Shown here piece after piece: positions 31,757 to 42,906 of a stretch of 64,000 bases of DNA. Numbering within the stretch: position 1 is the stretch's first letter; each line of letters opens with the position of its first letter. Made by a program: the position numbers and the translations under genes. The notes below the pieces were generated by a model. That model searched no databases, was not told where the DNA came from, and saw only the letters and a program-made list of their open reading frames with translations. This DNA is from an uncultured delta proteobacterium (lineage in GTDB: Bacteria > Desulfobacterota > Binatia > UBA9968): contig CAWDPO010000017.1 of NCBI GenBank assembly GCA_963804165.1, forward strand, positions 192,001-256,000. Reading direction: 5' to 3'.

Positions 31757-32158
31757 TTACAGATAACTTGTGATGGCTGGCGCCGAATCCCAATTGTCGT
31801 GCTTGCCGTCGACGTAAATGATCGGCGCGGTCGCAAGTTCTTCCGGTGTGACATCTTCCAGGCATCCCAAGTTAACTCCATAAACTCGATTGACGTCCGG
31901 TGCGTTGCCAATGCCGAAAGAGCGCACGCCGCAGTGCTTGCAGAAATAATGCTCGTTGCGCTTCGTGTTGAACAAATATTTGGTTAGCTCCGACTCACCG
32001 GAAACAAGGCGAAACGCTTCTGGCTTTACTACTGCCGGCCAAAAACGGTTTCTTGAGCAGATTGAACAGTTGCATCTATATGTCGCGGCACTCAGATCAA
32101 TGTCCGCCTCAAAGCGAACCGCGCCGCAATGACAACTGCCTTTATATGTCTTCAGCAT
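31757..32158 (-). CDS. GFA (CENP-V) family protein
   Basis: [22 protein letters not shown]. Confidence 0.92.
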   Translation of the reverse strand: MLKTYKGSCHCGAVRFEADIDLSAATYRCNCSICSRNRFWPAVVKPEAFRLVSGESELTKYLFNTKRNEHYFCKHCGVRSFGIGNAPDVNRVYGVNLGCLEDVTPEELATAPIIYVDGKHDNWDSAPAITSYL

Positions 32159-32188
32159 TCTTCAATCCTAGCTGTATTATCTATTAGA

Positions 32189-32257
32189 CTAAAACCTTAC
32201 GAATGAGCCGCGCGGTTGCACGGTTCACGCCGCGTCGGATCCATTCGCTTGTTCGGC
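32189..32257 (-). other. integron attC site (degenerate R' core)
   Basis: Minus strand GCCGAAC-AAG-CGAATG-g-ATCCG-a-CGCGG...CCGCG-CGGCT-CATTCG-TAAG-GTTTTAG, just after the stop of the upstream gene. Confidence 0.7.
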
Positions 32258-32263
32258 CGCCAG

Positions 32264-32956
32264 CTATTTTGCGTCAAGATCGCCGCTCCAACGTTCGTGC
32301 ATCAACCGCAAAGCAGAAGCAAACCGCTCTCGATGTGCCGGTTGGCAGGCCGTCAGAAACACAACGAACGGACTGTCGATCGAGAGAATCGCGGCCCCGC
32401 CGACCATCGACCGGAATTGCGCCGTGAGGCGCGAGAGCATCTCTTGTCGGTTTTCGCGTTTCCAGTGTTGAAAAATGGCAATCGACGCGCCGGTGCCGGC
32501 CACCTTCTCGACTTCGCGCCAGTACAAGTAGCGACACGACTCCTTCCGACCGTACGGACTTGAAGGCACCTCAAGTCCAGTATCAGGATCGAAGAACAAC
32601 AGATCGGTAGAGCTCAGAGCGGCGAGGGCTCGATCAAAGTAAGCCACACGGTGAGTTGCGTCGTCGCTCAAGAGCTCGGAGAAGAACACCGCACCGGGAA
32701 GTAGATTTGCCCTTTCAAGAAAACGCACGCCCCGTTCGTTGGCGTTCACGCTGCGTTGCAGGAAATCGAAGAGGAGCGGGTCACGGTGACGCCATTTCCG
32801 GGAATCTTCAAGGTAGGCGAGTTTCCGACCGTCGTTGCTTTGGTCCGGCGAGGTCAACATCCAGCACACACCAACTCGGAACCCGGCCTCCGTGAAGCAG
32901 CGCAACAGGCCGTACTTCCGGTAGTCGTTGACGTCACAAAAGTATTGGTCTTTCAG
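32264..32956 (-). CDS. conserved hypothetical protein (gene cassette)
   Basis: The frame extends to xKDQYFCDVNDYRKYGLLR after an AGGAG RBS; LLFFDPDTG motif; followed by attC. Confidence 0.65.
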   Translation of the reverse strand: MKDQYFCDVNDYRKYGLLRCFTEAGFRVGVCWMLTSPDQSNDGRKLAYLEDSRKWRHRDPLLFDFLQRSVNANERGVRFLERANLLPGAVFFSELLSDDATHRVAYFDRALAALSSTDLLFFDPDTGLEVPSSPYGRKESCRYLYWREVEKVAGTGASIAIFQHWKRENRQEMLSRLTAQFRSMVGGAAILSIDSPFVVFLTACQPAHRERFASALRLMHERWSGDLDAK

Positions 32957-32973
32957 GTTGATCTCCTACGTCG

Positions 32974-33130
32974 GCCTCACCATAGTTGAATACTGACCAG
33001 TATATTACGGAGTCCAAAAATCAGGGTCCTGCAAAATTTAGCTTTCCGATCAACAAGTTGTCAATCAGTTTCCACTCACGGTTATGTCAATATACCTGAT
33101 ACCTGATCAGTATATTACCAATATACCTGC
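32974..33130 (-). other. attI-like region with direct repeats
   Basis: TGA(C/T)CAGTATATTAC twice, CAATATACCTG twice, IHF-like GATCAACAAGTTG, core-like GTGAGGC just before the cassette RBS. Confidence 0.4.
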
Positions 33131-33155
33131 ACCACTTTCTGGGCGGGTTCCGTCA

Positions 33156-35499
33156 TTATTTGATCACTCGACATCGTTGGCCACGATGCGCCACTGATGC
33201 GCTGATGGGATCAACGTCTGTGTTGGGAATGAGCAGATTTGAGTTTGCGCCGTTTTCACTGAACGGGTCGTGGCCGGTGAGTTTCAATTCTTGGCAAGCT
33301 TGCCACCAGCCGTACACTGTTGTGACTACCTTTGGATGAAGCGACTCATTGAACTTCGCTTTGAGTGTCACTTTTCCGTTTGCGGTTTCGACGAGGATCC
33401 ATTCGTCGTCTGCGATGCCTTGAGCTTTAGCCGTGCTCGGATGGATTTCAAGGAATGGTTCGGATACGGCGCGGCGGAGGCGGGGAACGTTGCGATGTTG
33501 TTCGTCGCAGAAATGAATGTCCCGGAAAAACGTCAATGTGAGTGGAAACTCTTTGTTGTCGTCAATTACATCTCTTTTTTTGAATTCCGCCAGCGGCGCG
33601 TAACCTACTTTGGCGAAAGTTGTCGAGTAAATTTCAATCTTGCCGGTCGGCGTATTGAAGCCCGTGGGCCTCACGTCGTCCGAATTACGCTCCGCGTACT
33701 TGCAATGACGAGTGACGGCGGTCGATCTCATGCCGATCGGGTTGGCGCGCAGTTGCTCGGTTGAAAATCCCGACGGCGCCAATTGATAGTTCAACGCCGC
33801 GTCGATGTCGCCATCGAAAAATTGTTCCGACAGCCCCAACCGCTTCGCTAAATCAAAAATGATCTCGGTATCTGACCGCGATTCGTGCAATGGCGGAACG
33901 ACGGCCGGGCGGAGTTGAGTCCAGTTGATCGTGTCCTCGGCAATTTCGAACGACGGCATCAGCGCTTCGCGCTCCCAACATGTCGCAGCGGGCAAAATCA
34001 AATCTGCGAACATTGCGCTCGGATTGATGATTGTGTCGACGTGGATGTAAAAGTCGATGGCTTCGAGCGCTGCTTTGCCGCGCAATGGATCGCCGTGACC
34101 GAGTAACGGATCGGTGCCGAACAGAGACCATCGCTTTGATCGGATAGGGTTGGCTGGTAAGAATCGCGTCGTAGACTTCGGCGGCTTGGACGAGTCCCGG
34201 ATCGGCGTTTGGACCGAGCGGATGTTTTTCATTGCCGAGACGGAGAATGGCTTTATCTTTTGGAAGCAGTTCGCGACCCGTGATCGAGTTAGTCTGGGTC
34301 GTCGCGAAGAGCACGTTGCTGCCGCGCTGATCGAACTGTCCGGTTAGCGCGTAGAAACAGCAAACGGCGCGATTCGTTTGCATCGCGTCATTGTCTTGTT
34401 CGAGACCAACCCAAGTGCAGTAGCAAGATGGTTTTTCAGTCGCGAATAAACGAACCGCTCTACGCACATCTTCCGCTGGCACTGTAGTGATTGTCTCCGA
34501 GCGTTCTGGCGCGGATTCGACGGCGGCATCCTTGAGCAATTGAAACGCCGGACGACACTCGAGCGTTGCCCCATTAGATAGCCGAACAGGGAACGCTCCG
34601 AAGAGCGCTGGAGAAATGCGGTCGGCATCGCAGCGAACTGGTAACTTGTTTTGTTCATCCCAAACGATCCACGCGTCCTTGCTCCCGTCCGTTCCCAAGT
34701 CGGATTCCGTCAGTAATTGGTTGTTGTCGGAGCGAACTAGAAATGGGCCATTTGTCCAGATGCGCGCTGAATTCCGCGTCGAAAAGATTTTCTTCGAGAA
34801 GGACATGGATCATCGCCATCGCCAGTTCGCCGTCTGCGCCCGGTTTGACGCGCAGCCAGCAATCGGCCTTCGCCGCTAGGTTTGTTTTGCGCGGATCGAT
34901 GACGATTAACTTTGCGCCACGGTTTCTGGCTCGATTGATTCGCACTGCCTGCGCGGGTGACGTCGCAGTCGGGTTGACGCCCCAGAGCAGCATGCAGCTG
35001 CGTGTTGTCGAAGTCCGGCAGGGGCATTCCCGTGCCGTACGTGTATTTGGAGCCGACGCGGCGATTCCAGGTGCAGATGTGGTTCGACGTCAAAAGATTC
35101 GGACTGCCGAAGGCGTTGGCCAGACGCTGTAACCAGCCGTCGTAGTCGATCGCGGCGCTGCCTGCCGTAGTGGCGCGAGAAAAGACTACGGCTTCGGGAC
35201 CGTAATTGTCTTTGATATCGGTCAGCCTGAGCGCGGCTAGATTGAGCGCCTGATCCCAAGTGATGCGCACCCAACCGGGGTCGGGATCGCCTTTAGGGCG
35301 CGTGCGCACCATCGGGTATTGCACACGATCGCGAGAGTAGACGATCTCCGGGGCGGCGGCGCCCTTGACGCAGATACAGCCATTCGGGTGCGCGGGATCG
35401 GCGTTCACTTGGGTCAAGACGCCGTCCTCGACCGTCGCCACGACGCCGCAGCGCGACGTGCACATGGCGCAGTAGGTGTGAAGTTTTTCAGTGGCGATA
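33156..35499 (-). CDS. molybdopterin oxidoreductase (DMSO reductase family, acetylene-hydratase-like), frameshifted
   Basis: YCAMCTSRCG..ICVKG [4Fe-4S] motif, NHICTW, KLIVIDPR, ADLILPA..WE, molybdopterin dinucleotide-binding C-terminus; start approximate. Confidence 0.85.
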
Positions 35500-35562
35500 G
35501 GAAAACGCTCCTTGGTCTATCGGGAGAAGAGAATTCATCACAAGGCGCGCGAAGATCACAAT

Positions 35563-35586
35563 GTAGGGGCGCGATTCATCGCGCCC
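35563..35586 (+). repeat. GTAG-type REP palindrome
   Basis: GTAG-GGGCGCGAT-TC-ATCGCGCCC. Confidence 0.75.
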
Positions 35587-35631
35587 TCGGAAACGCGAAA
35601 TAAAGCTAGGCGCAACCAGCACAAAGGAAAT

Positions 35632-36615
35632 TCATCGAAACAATTTTCGGATCATCTCGTTGACTTCGACTTCACGCTGGCTCAAGTCGACGTCGGTCAT
35701 GAGCAGCTTGTGTTGCTTGAAAAGTTTGCCGTACTTGGAGTCGATGTCGTCGCGAATCGGCACTCGGCCATATTGATTGATTACTTCCTGGCCTTCCTTG
35801 GTCAGCAGCCACTCGATGAAGAGCTTGGCAGCAAACGGGTGGGGCGGTTGAGATGGCAAGGAAGCGGCGACCGTGTAGGTGATGACCGGTTCAAGGCCGA
35901 TCCAATCTACCGGCGCGCCCTTGCTCTTCAGATTGTCGACTGAATATTCATAGACCCCCGCCATGATCGCGAATTCACCGGCGGCGAGTAAGTTTAAAAG
36001 ATTGGTATTGCCAGCCATGACGTGCGCGTTTTGGGCGGCGAGCTTTTCTATGAACGGGCGGCCTTTGAGCTTGAGCAGCATGGAGAACCATTCGATCTTG
36101 GTGTTGTCGATGCCCATGACGTTTTTCCACTTCGGGTTTAACAGATCTTCGTAGGTCTTGGGCGCTTCGGCACGTTTGACCTGACGGCTGTTGAAACCCA
36201 TCAACGTGCCGCTGGCGTATACGGACGTCCAAAAGCCTTCCGGGTCTTTGTACTGGCTAGGATAGGAAGCGGATTCCATCGGAACGTAGCGGCTCAAGGC
36301 GCCGCGTTTTTTCAGGATATGGGTCTCGATGACGCTGGTGTGCACAACATCGGCCAGGCGTTGTTTGGCCTGTTCTTCCAACAACACACGGGTGACGAGT
36401 TTCTGTTTGTCGGTGCGAAAGTATTCGGTCTTAATGAAGGGATAACGCTTGTTGAACGCGGTGAAATACATTTGCAATTGCTGGACGGCGGCGGACGCAT
36501 AAAGGACCAGCTTGCCTTCATTCTTCGCGCCGGCGATGAGCTGGTCTTGGGTTTGGGCATGGGCTAAGATTACGAACGAATATAGAAATAGAATTGCGAT
36601 CAGCGATGATTTCAT
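35632..36615 (-). CDS. extracellular solute-binding protein (Fe3+/thiamine-type)
   Basis: AKNEGKLVLY, PKTYEDLLNPKWK, PHPFAAKLFIEWLL..EGQ. Confidence 0.88.
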   Translation of the reverse strand: MKSSLIAILFLYSFVILAHAQTQDQLIAGAKNEGKLVLYASAAVQQLQMYFTAFNKRYPFIKTEYFRTDKQKLVTRVLLEEQAKQRLADVVHTSVIETHILKKRGALSRYVPMESASYPSQYKDPEGFWTSVYASGTLMGFNSRQVKRAEAPKTYEDLLNPKWKNVMGIDNTKIEWFSMLLKLKGRPFIEKLAAQNAHVMAGNTNLLNLLAAGEFAIMAGVYEYSVDNLKSKGAPVDWIGLEPVITYTVAASLPSQPPHPFAAKLFIEWLLTKEGQEVINQYGRVPIRDDIDSKYGKLFKQHKLLMTDVDLSQREVEVNEMIRKLFR

Positions 36616-36742
36616 TCATCCTCCCGTCCGGGGAAGGTAATCGACGGATGCGTGTTGTGTCAACCGCTGGCTGAATTTAGCGCGTCGACAAAGCCGCTAT
36701 TTTCCATTAGGATTAATACAAAAAGGTGCGAGGTTTTAAGCC

Positions 36743-38365
36743 ATGGCAGCTCCACAATTTGTCTATCAAGATCCGTTACCGGTTGTGAAGGACACCACGA
36801 AGTACCGGCTCCTGAGCAAAGACTATGTCAGCGTGTCCGAGTTCGAAGGCAAAGAGATTCTCAAGGTCGCGCCCGAGGCGTTGACGCTGCTCGCGAGTGT
36901 GGCGGTACGCGACGTGTCGTTCTTGTTGCGCACGGCTCATCTGGAGAAAGTCGCGGCCATCCTCAAAGACCCCAAGGCATCGGATAACGACCGCTACGTC
37001 GCCTTGGCGATGTTGCGCAACGCCGACACGGCGGCGAAAGGCATCCTGCCATTTTGCCAGGACACCGGCACGGCGACGATCTTCGGCAAAAAGGGACAGC
37101 AGGTGTGGACCGGCGTGAAAGACGAAGAACATCTTGCCAAGGGAGTTTACAAAACTTACACAGAGGAAAACCTGCGCTATTCGCAAACGGCCCCGCTCAA
37201 CATGTTCGACGAAGTCGATACCGGCACCAATCTGCCGGCGCAGATCGATCTCATGGCGACGGAGGGCATGGAATATCACTTCCTGTTTGTCACCAAGGGC
37301 GGAGGTTCGGCGAACAAGACAACGCTGTATCAAGAAACCAAAGCGCTGCTCAATCCGGCGAGCTTGGAGAAATTCCTCACGGAAAAGATGAATACGCTCG
37401 GAACCGCAGGCTGCCCGCCGTATCATTTGGCGTTCGTCATCGGTGGAACGTCGGCCGAAGCTTGCTTGAAGACGGTCAAGCTTGCGACGACCGGCTATCT
37501 CGATCACCTCCCGACCACGGGCAACGCGCATGGACGGGCGTTCCGCGACGTAGAGACAGAAAATAGGATGCTGGAGCAAGCTTACAAGTCCGGCTACGGC
37601 GCGCAGTTCGGAGGGAAGTATTTTGCGCTCGACGTGCGCGTGATCCGATTGCCGCGCCACGGCGCTTCGTGCCCGGTGGGTATGGGCGTGTCCTGTTCCG
37701 CCGATCGCAACGCCAAAGCCAAGATCAACAAGGACGGAATTTGGCTCGAAGAGCTGGAACACGATCCAGGACGACTGATTCCCGAGGAATATCGCGGCAA
37801 GGTCGCCAGTAACGTCGTCAAAGTCGACCTCAATCGGCCGATGGCCGAGATCTTGGCGCAGCTCACGAAATATCCGGTGACCACACAATTGTCGCTGACC
37901 GGCACGATGATCGTCGCACGCGATATCGCGCACGCGAAAATAAAGGAAAGACTCGATCGGGGTGAGGGCATGCCGCAATATATGAAAGATCACCCGGTCT
38001 ATTATGCCGGACCGGCAAAAACTCCCGAAGGCATGCCGTCCGGCTCTTTCGGGCCGACAACGGCGGGACGGATGGACTCCTACGTGGATTTGTTTCAGTC
38101 GCATGGCGGGGCGATGATCACGCTCGCCAAAGGCAATCGCAGCCAGCAGGTGACCGACGCGTGCAAAAAGTATGGCGGGTTTTACTTGGGTTCCATCGGC
38201 GGGCCGGCAGCCATTCTCGCCAAGGAAAACATTAAAAAGGTAGACGTTCTAGAATATCCCGAGCTCGGCATGGAAGCGATCTGGAAGATCGAGGTGGAAG
38301 ATTTTCCGGCATTTATCCTAGTCGACGATAAGGGAAACGATTTCTTCAAGCAGATCCTGCACTAG
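36743..38365 (+). CDS. fumA: class I (Fe-S) fumarate hydratase
   Basis: [42 protein letters not shown]. Confidence 0.95.
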   Translation: MAAPQFVYQDPLPVVKDTTKYRLLSKDYVSVSEFEGKEILKVAPEALTLLASVAVRDVSFLLRTAHLEKVAAILKDPKASDNDRYVALAMLRNADTAAKGILPFCQDTGTATIFGKKGQQVWTGVKDEEHLAKGVYKTYTEENLRYSQTAPLNMFDEVDTGTNLPAQIDLMATEGMEYHFLFVTKGGGSANKTTLYQETKALLNPASLEKFLTEKMNTLGTAGCPPYHLAFVIGGTSAEACLKTVKLATTGYLDHLPTTGNAHGRAFRDVETENRMLEQAYKSGYGAQFGGKYFALDVRVIRLPRHGASCPVGMGVSCSADRNAKAKINKDGIWLEELEHDPGRLIPEEYRGKVASNVVKVDLNRPMAEILAQLTKYPVTTQLSLTGTMIVARDIAHAKIKERLDRGEGMPQYMKDHPVYYAGPAKTPEGMPSGSFGPTTAGRMDSYVDLFQSHGGAMITLAKGNRSQQVTDACKKYGGFYLGSIGGPAAILAKENIKKVDVLEYPELGMEAIWKIEVEDFPAFILVDDKGNDFFKQILH

Positions 38366-38373
38366 ATTCACTG

Positions 38374-38403
38374 TCGCCGGCGTCGCGACAAATGACGCCG
38401 GCG
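38374..38403. terminator. hairpin between convergent genes
   Basis: CGCCGGCGTC...GACGCCGGCG. Confidence 0.55.
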
Positions 38404-38420
38404 CATAAACCAAGTCGCCG

Positions 38421-39014
38421 CTACAGAAAGTTTTCCAGATCGAATCGATCAGTGCCCGCCGAGCGTCCTTCGATTCGCACATAGTCGCCGTTGCGTAGTC
38501 GATTAAACTGATCGATCACGGCGGGCAAGGCGTTGAAAGCGACCGAAACAACAATTAGACGATTGCGTTGGTCGCGGAGCTCGAACGTGCCGCGCCGTTG
38601 GTCGACATATTCGATTCGTCCCTCGGTACGGTCCAATCGCCCGGCGCCGCGTTTGTTGCCGCGATCTTGCACGCTCTCTCTGACGGTTATCGTATTGGTA
38701 TAGTCCCGACCATCGCGGTCTTGCTGGAGTCGCGCTGCGATGTAGTCGCCGGGTTCGAGGCTGGCGACAGAGTAGTTGCGTTGCTGATAGACAACCTGGG
38801 TTCTATCGTCGTAACGGAGGACCGACGTGCGGCCCGAATCCGTGCGGATTTCGATCTCGCGCGCTCGTGTATCGACGTAAGCAACTTCGCCGACAACATC
38901 GCCACCCGTACCGCCATAATTGCCCAAGCCATCCACGTGTCCCAACTCATGGCAGCCGGTGAAAGCCAGTGTTGCCAGGGTCAGAAAAGCCAACAGCCGC
39001 GACGCAAGATTCAT
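38421..39014 (-). CDS. lipoprotein with two OB-fold-like repeats
   Basis: Lipobox FTGC; GEV..VD.R.REI / GRIEYVD.RRG repeats with L..GDY motifs; AAGGAGG RBS. Confidence 0.65.
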   Translation of the reverse strand: MNLASRLLAFLTLATLAFTGCHELGHVDGLGNYGGTGGDVVGEVAYVDTRAREIEIRTDSGRTSVLRYDDRTQVVYQQRNYSVASLEPGDYIAARLQQDRDGRDYTNTITVRESVQDRGNKRGAGRLDRTEGRIEYVDQRRGTFELRDQRNRLIVVSVAFNALPAVIDQFNRLRNGDYVRIEGRSAGTDRFDLENFL

Positions 39015-39260
39015 ATGAAGCCTCCTTTCCAACGATCGATTGCGGTCGTTGCTAAATATCCCGCTGACTTTCTTGAAGATCGCCGGAGCGAGCAAATCGG
39101 CAAATTTACTCATGATAATACAAACCACCCGTATTTTCGCGCTCTTTCACCCGCTTGTCGAGCAGGCCAAAGCGGGCTACTTTGTTTGACGCTCGAAGAC
39201 GAATAGAGTTACGTTGCCTGGAGGATCCGATCCGACTCGGAGGAAAAGGGAGGATAAACT

Positions 39261-40271
39261 ATGCCGACCATCGATGCCGATGCTCATGTGATCGAGAGCG
39301 AGCAGACCTGGAGCTACATTTCGGATGAAAAGTTAAAGCCTTTCTTGATTCAACCGGGCGGCGGTCGACCACAAAATTGGCTCATCGATGGCCGTGTTTT
39401 CAATCGCGGCGTGAACGTCAATCGTGAATTGCCTGAGGCGATACGCGAGATGCGCGACATCGAGGGCCGCCTGAAACACATGGATGAACTCGCTATCGAT
39501 CTTCAGGTGCTTTATCCATCGCTCTTTCTTCGTCCATTGACGAGCAAGCCGGAAGTCGAAGTGGCGATTTGCCAAAGCTACAATCGATGGCTCACGGATA
39601 TCTGTAGCAAAAGTCAAGGGCGGCTCCGTTGGGTCGCCGTGGTACCGGTGATCGATATCGCTAGCGCCGTTGCCGAGGTTCAGTTCGCTGAAGCTAACGG
39701 CGCATGCGGAATCTTCATGCGCGGTTTGATCGAGGACATGCGGCTCAGCGATCCGTTCTTTTTTCCGTTATATGAGGAAGCCGAAAAGTCGGACCTTCCA
39801 ATCTGTGTGCATGCGTCGACCGGAAGCTTCGACTGGGTGCAACTCTTCGACGGCGAGAACGGTTTCATGCGGTTCAAAGTACCCGTGCTTTCGGCCTTTC
39901 ATTCTATTGTTCACGACGGCATTCCCAAGAAGTTTCCAAAACTGCGCTTTGGCTTCATCGAAGTGCGCGCTCAGTGGGTCCCGTACATGGTGGTTGAGAT
40001 CGCCAAGCGATTCGAGCGGGAAAACAAAATGACGGCGCGGAACATGATTCGCGACAACCGTGCCTATGTGGCCTGCCAGACCGACGACGACCTTCCCTAC
40101 GTCCTTAAATATTCCGGTGAGGACAATATCGTGATCGGCTCGGACTACGGTCATAACGACACGTCGTCGGAGATCGAGGCTTTGCGCACCCTCAAGGACA
40201 AGGGCGAGGTCGAACCCAGAATCATCGACAAGATTCTTTACGATAACGCCAAGGCGCTCTATGGGTTATAG
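39261..40271 (+). CDS. amidohydrolase_2 family protein
   Basis: IDADAH, MDELAID.QVLYP, PICVH, GSDYGH. Confidence 0.9.
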   Translation: MPTIDADAHVIESEQTWSYISDEKLKPFLIQPGGGRPQNWLIDGRVFNRGVNVNRELPEAIREMRDIEGRLKHMDELAIDLQVLYPSLFLRPLTSKPEVEVAICQSYNRWLTDICSKSQGRLRWVAVVPVIDIASAVAEVQFAEANGACGIFMRGLIEDMRLSDPFFFPLYEEAEKSDLPICVHASTGSFDWVQLFDGENGFMRFKVPVLSAFHSIVHDGIPKKFPKLRFGFIEVRAQWVPYMVVEIAKRFERENKMTARNMIRDNRAYVACQTDDDLPYVLKYSGEDNIVIGSDYGHNDTSSEIEALRTLKDKGEVEPRIIDKILYDNAKALYGL

Positions 40272-41304
40272 CGGCTTCGGGTTCCGGGTCTCGGGGTTTG
40301 GATTGACCGTGGACCGCGGACGGGAGATAGGTAACGTTGTCCTACGAAGACGCCGTCAAGCCAGCATCGTCATACTCTTTCTCACGCATTTGTTCTTCCA
40401 ACTCCCTTCCGCTGAAGCGCAAGAGCGCATCCGCATAGCGCCGTCGTCGCCGGGCTTGGCGGCTTGGCCAATGCACCTGGCCGCCAAAGAAGGGTTTTTC
40501 GCACGCGAGGGTTTGAGTCCGGAGATCATCGTCATGCGCACCAACACCGGCATCGCCGCGCTCGTGACCGGCAGCGTCGATTTTACCACCGCCGGCGGTT
40601 CGGCCATGCGCGCGGCCGTGAACGGTGCGCCGATCAAAATGATATTGAACGTGAACAAAAAAGCGGATCTTTGGATTCTCGCGCAGAAGAATATTCAGCG
40701 GATCGAAGAGTTGCGTGGCAAGATGATCGGCGTGGGCGGAAACTGGGGCACGCAGTTCTATCAAGTCCTCGAAGCCTTGAAACCGTCCGGCGTCGACAAA
40801 GACGTCCAACTCGTATCCACAGGCGACGTGGCCAACGGCTATTTGTCTTTGCAACAGGGGAGCATGCCCGCGGTCGCTTTGACGCCGCCTTACAGTATTC
40901 TGGCCAAGCGCCAGGGGTATCGGGACTTACTTCGAACCGGCGATGTGGTCGGAGTATCGCCCACGACGGCGCTCGTCACGACTAAAGAAAAGTTGGAACG
41001 TGAGCCGCAGAAAATTCGCCGCGCCGTCCGCGCCGTCATGAGAGCCGTCGAGTACGCGAAAGCGCGCAGGACGGAGTTGGTGCAATTCATTTCGCGCCAG
41101 TACAACATGGAGCGCGAAGTATCCGACGCGGTTTACGACGCGCTCATGGATACGCTCAATCCAACGCTGTGGCTGACCGATCAGGAAATTCAGCTCGAGC
41201 TCAACCGCATCGCCGAGCAGAGTAAAATGAAAATTGCCGCGAAGCCGGCGGATGTGGCGGATTTTGCGATTACCAAACTAGTGATTCAGGAATTGGCAAA
41301 GTAG
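40261..41304 (+). CDS. ABC transporter substrate-binding protein, NMT1/SsuA-like (true start probably ~40336)
   Basis: AAKEGFFAREGL, ELRGKMIGV. Confidence 0.85.
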   Translation: MGYSGFGFRVSGFGLTVDRGREIGNVVLRRRRQASIVILFLTHLFFQLPSAEAQERIRIAPSSPGLAAWPMHLAAKEGFFAREGLSPEIIVMRTNTGIAALVTGSVDFTTAGGSAMRAAVNGAPIKMILNVNKKADLWILAQKNIQRIEELRGKMIGVGGNWGTQFYQVLEALKPSGVDKDVQLVSTGDVANGYLSLQQGSMPAVALTPPYSILAKRQGYRDLLRTGDVVGVSPTTALVTTKEKLEREPQKIRRAVRAVMRAVEYAKARRTELVQFISRQYNMEREVSDAVYDALMDTLNPTLWLTDQEIQLELNRIAEQSKMKIAAKPADVADFAITKLVIQELAK

Positions 41305-41351
41305 CCGCGAATCGTAATGAATTAGATACGTTCAATCTTGGTGCGTCCGAA

Positions 41352-41597
41352 CTTCTTCCCCCTTGACGGGGAAGATCGAGATAGGGGTGCTTGACGAGAT
41401 TGCGCGGTGATACGCTGCACGGAATAACACCCCACTTTCATTCTCCCCGTCAGAGATTGTGGCGCAATTGGAAAACTCGCATGAATGTCATTCTGAGCGC
41501 CAGCGAAGAATTTCGAATTTCCTGTTGCTTACGAAGACGAGATCCTTCGGCTATTGCCTCAGGATGACATTGAGACACCGCCTTTTAAGGCGGAAAA
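41352..41597. repeat. nested REP-like elements (TGTCA-type inside CACCCC/TTCCCC-type)
   Basis: TTCCCCCTTGACGGGGAAG..GGGGTG and its inverse CACCCC..TTCTCCCCGTCA, interrupted by GAGATTGTGGCGCAAT...TGTCATTCTGAGCG...CTCAGGATGACATTGAGACAC. Confidence 0.75.
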
Positions 41598-41658
41598 ATT
41601 AACTGGAATGCTTCGACGAAACTTCTATTGATACCTCAGATGCGAAGACGCTACCGAC

Positions 41659-42741
41659 CTACAAACTGTAAAGCTGAGCGGCGTTCTCGCCCATGATCTT
41701 CGCTTTTAGCGCATCCGACAGATCTTTGCGCTCCATGACTTCTTCGACCGTGTGAGGAAACTTCGAGTCGCTGTGATTATAGTCCGTGGCGAAAACTAAG
41801 CGCTCGGCGCCGACGAACTCGGCGACGTAGGGCAGCATCTTTTCTTCCATTTCGAAGGAGTAAAACATCTGACCACTTTTCATGTATTCACTCGGCGGCT
41901 TCTTGAGCCACGGCACGGTCGGTTGGAGTATTTCATAATGCTCATCGAGCCGCTCCATCCAATAAGGCACCCAGCCGCAGCCCGCTTCCATGAATGCGAA
42001 CTTGAGCCGCGGAAAACGCTCGAGCAAGCCGCCCGCGACGACGCAGAGCGTGGCGATCATCTGCTCGAAGGGATGCGCCATGGCATGAGTAAAGAAGGGA
42101 TGATCGAAACGCTCTGTCGCCGCCGGTACGCCGTCGCCCGCGCCGACGTGGATGCACACCGGAACATTGAGGCGCTCCGCCTCGGCGAAGAAAGGAAAGA
42201 GTTCGGGATCGTCGAGATTTTTTTTTGACGCCGATATCGGCGGAGCCGCGACCGCGACGAACTTGAGATCTTGAACCGCGCGCCGCAGCTCATTTACTGA
42301 CTCGACCGGATCTTGAATCGCCACTGCAGCCACACCCTTGAGTCGCCGCGGGTCGGCGCCGCAATAATCCGCCAGCCAGTTGTTGTAGACGCGCGCGACG
42401 GCGCTGGCAAGATCCTTGTCTTCTACGAACGGCAAGCTCAGGAAAGGCGAGGTGCCGAAAAGCACGGCCGTGTCGATCCCTTCGAGATCCATGTCCTTTA
42501 AACGCTGCTTGGGATCGACCATGCCCGTCGTCGGTTGCGGCGAATGGCTGCGCGGCGCGCCGACAAAACTGCACCCCTTGCCGACCGGCTTCGGGGTCAA
42601 TTTGCCGTCGATCATGACGAACGTGAAGCCGCGGTTGTCCTGCACCGGCCGAGGCGCGCGTGATCGGTACGGAGCGTCGATCAAATCCGCCCACGGAATG
42701 TCTCGTTCTAGAACGTGGCCATCGGCATCGATGATTCTCAT
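41659..42741 (-). CDS. amidohydrolase_2 family protein
   Basis: IIDADGH, DMDLEGID, PVCIH, EAGCGW, ATDYNH. Confidence 0.9.
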   Translation of the reverse strand: MRIIDADGHVLERDIPWADLIDAPYRSRAPRPVQDNRGFTFVMIDGKLTPKPVGKGCSFVGAPRSHSPQPTTGMVDPKQRLKDMDLEGIDTAVLFGTSPFLSLPFVEDKDLASAVARVYNNWLADYCGADPRRLKGVAAVAIQDPVESVNELRRAVQDLKFVAVAAPPISASKKNLDDPELFPFFAEAERLNVPVCIHVGAGDGVPAATERFDHPFFTHAMAHPFEQMIATLCVVAGGLLERFPRLKFAFMEAGCGWVPYWMERLDEHYEILQPTVPWLKKPPSEYMKSGQMFYSFEMEEKMLPYVAEFVGAERLVFATDYNHSDSKFPHTVEEVMERKDLSDALKAKIMGENAAQLYSL

Positions 42742-42906
42742 GTACGTGACTCCTGGCCTGATATTCGATTCAGGCTCATCAGTATCAGAAACCGCCAAGC
42801 ACGCTCAAGAGATCAAGCAGCTCGCCGGCTATTTGCCCTGACCGCGAGCTGCATCATTTGACAAGCCCGGCGCCGACGGACTAGCTTCGGCGGCAGGGGA
42901 ACATTT

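Noticed and set aside
36776-38104. 442 aa minus-strand ORF and similar long antisense ORFs
   Set aside because: Shadow frames of well-supported genes in GC-rich DNA
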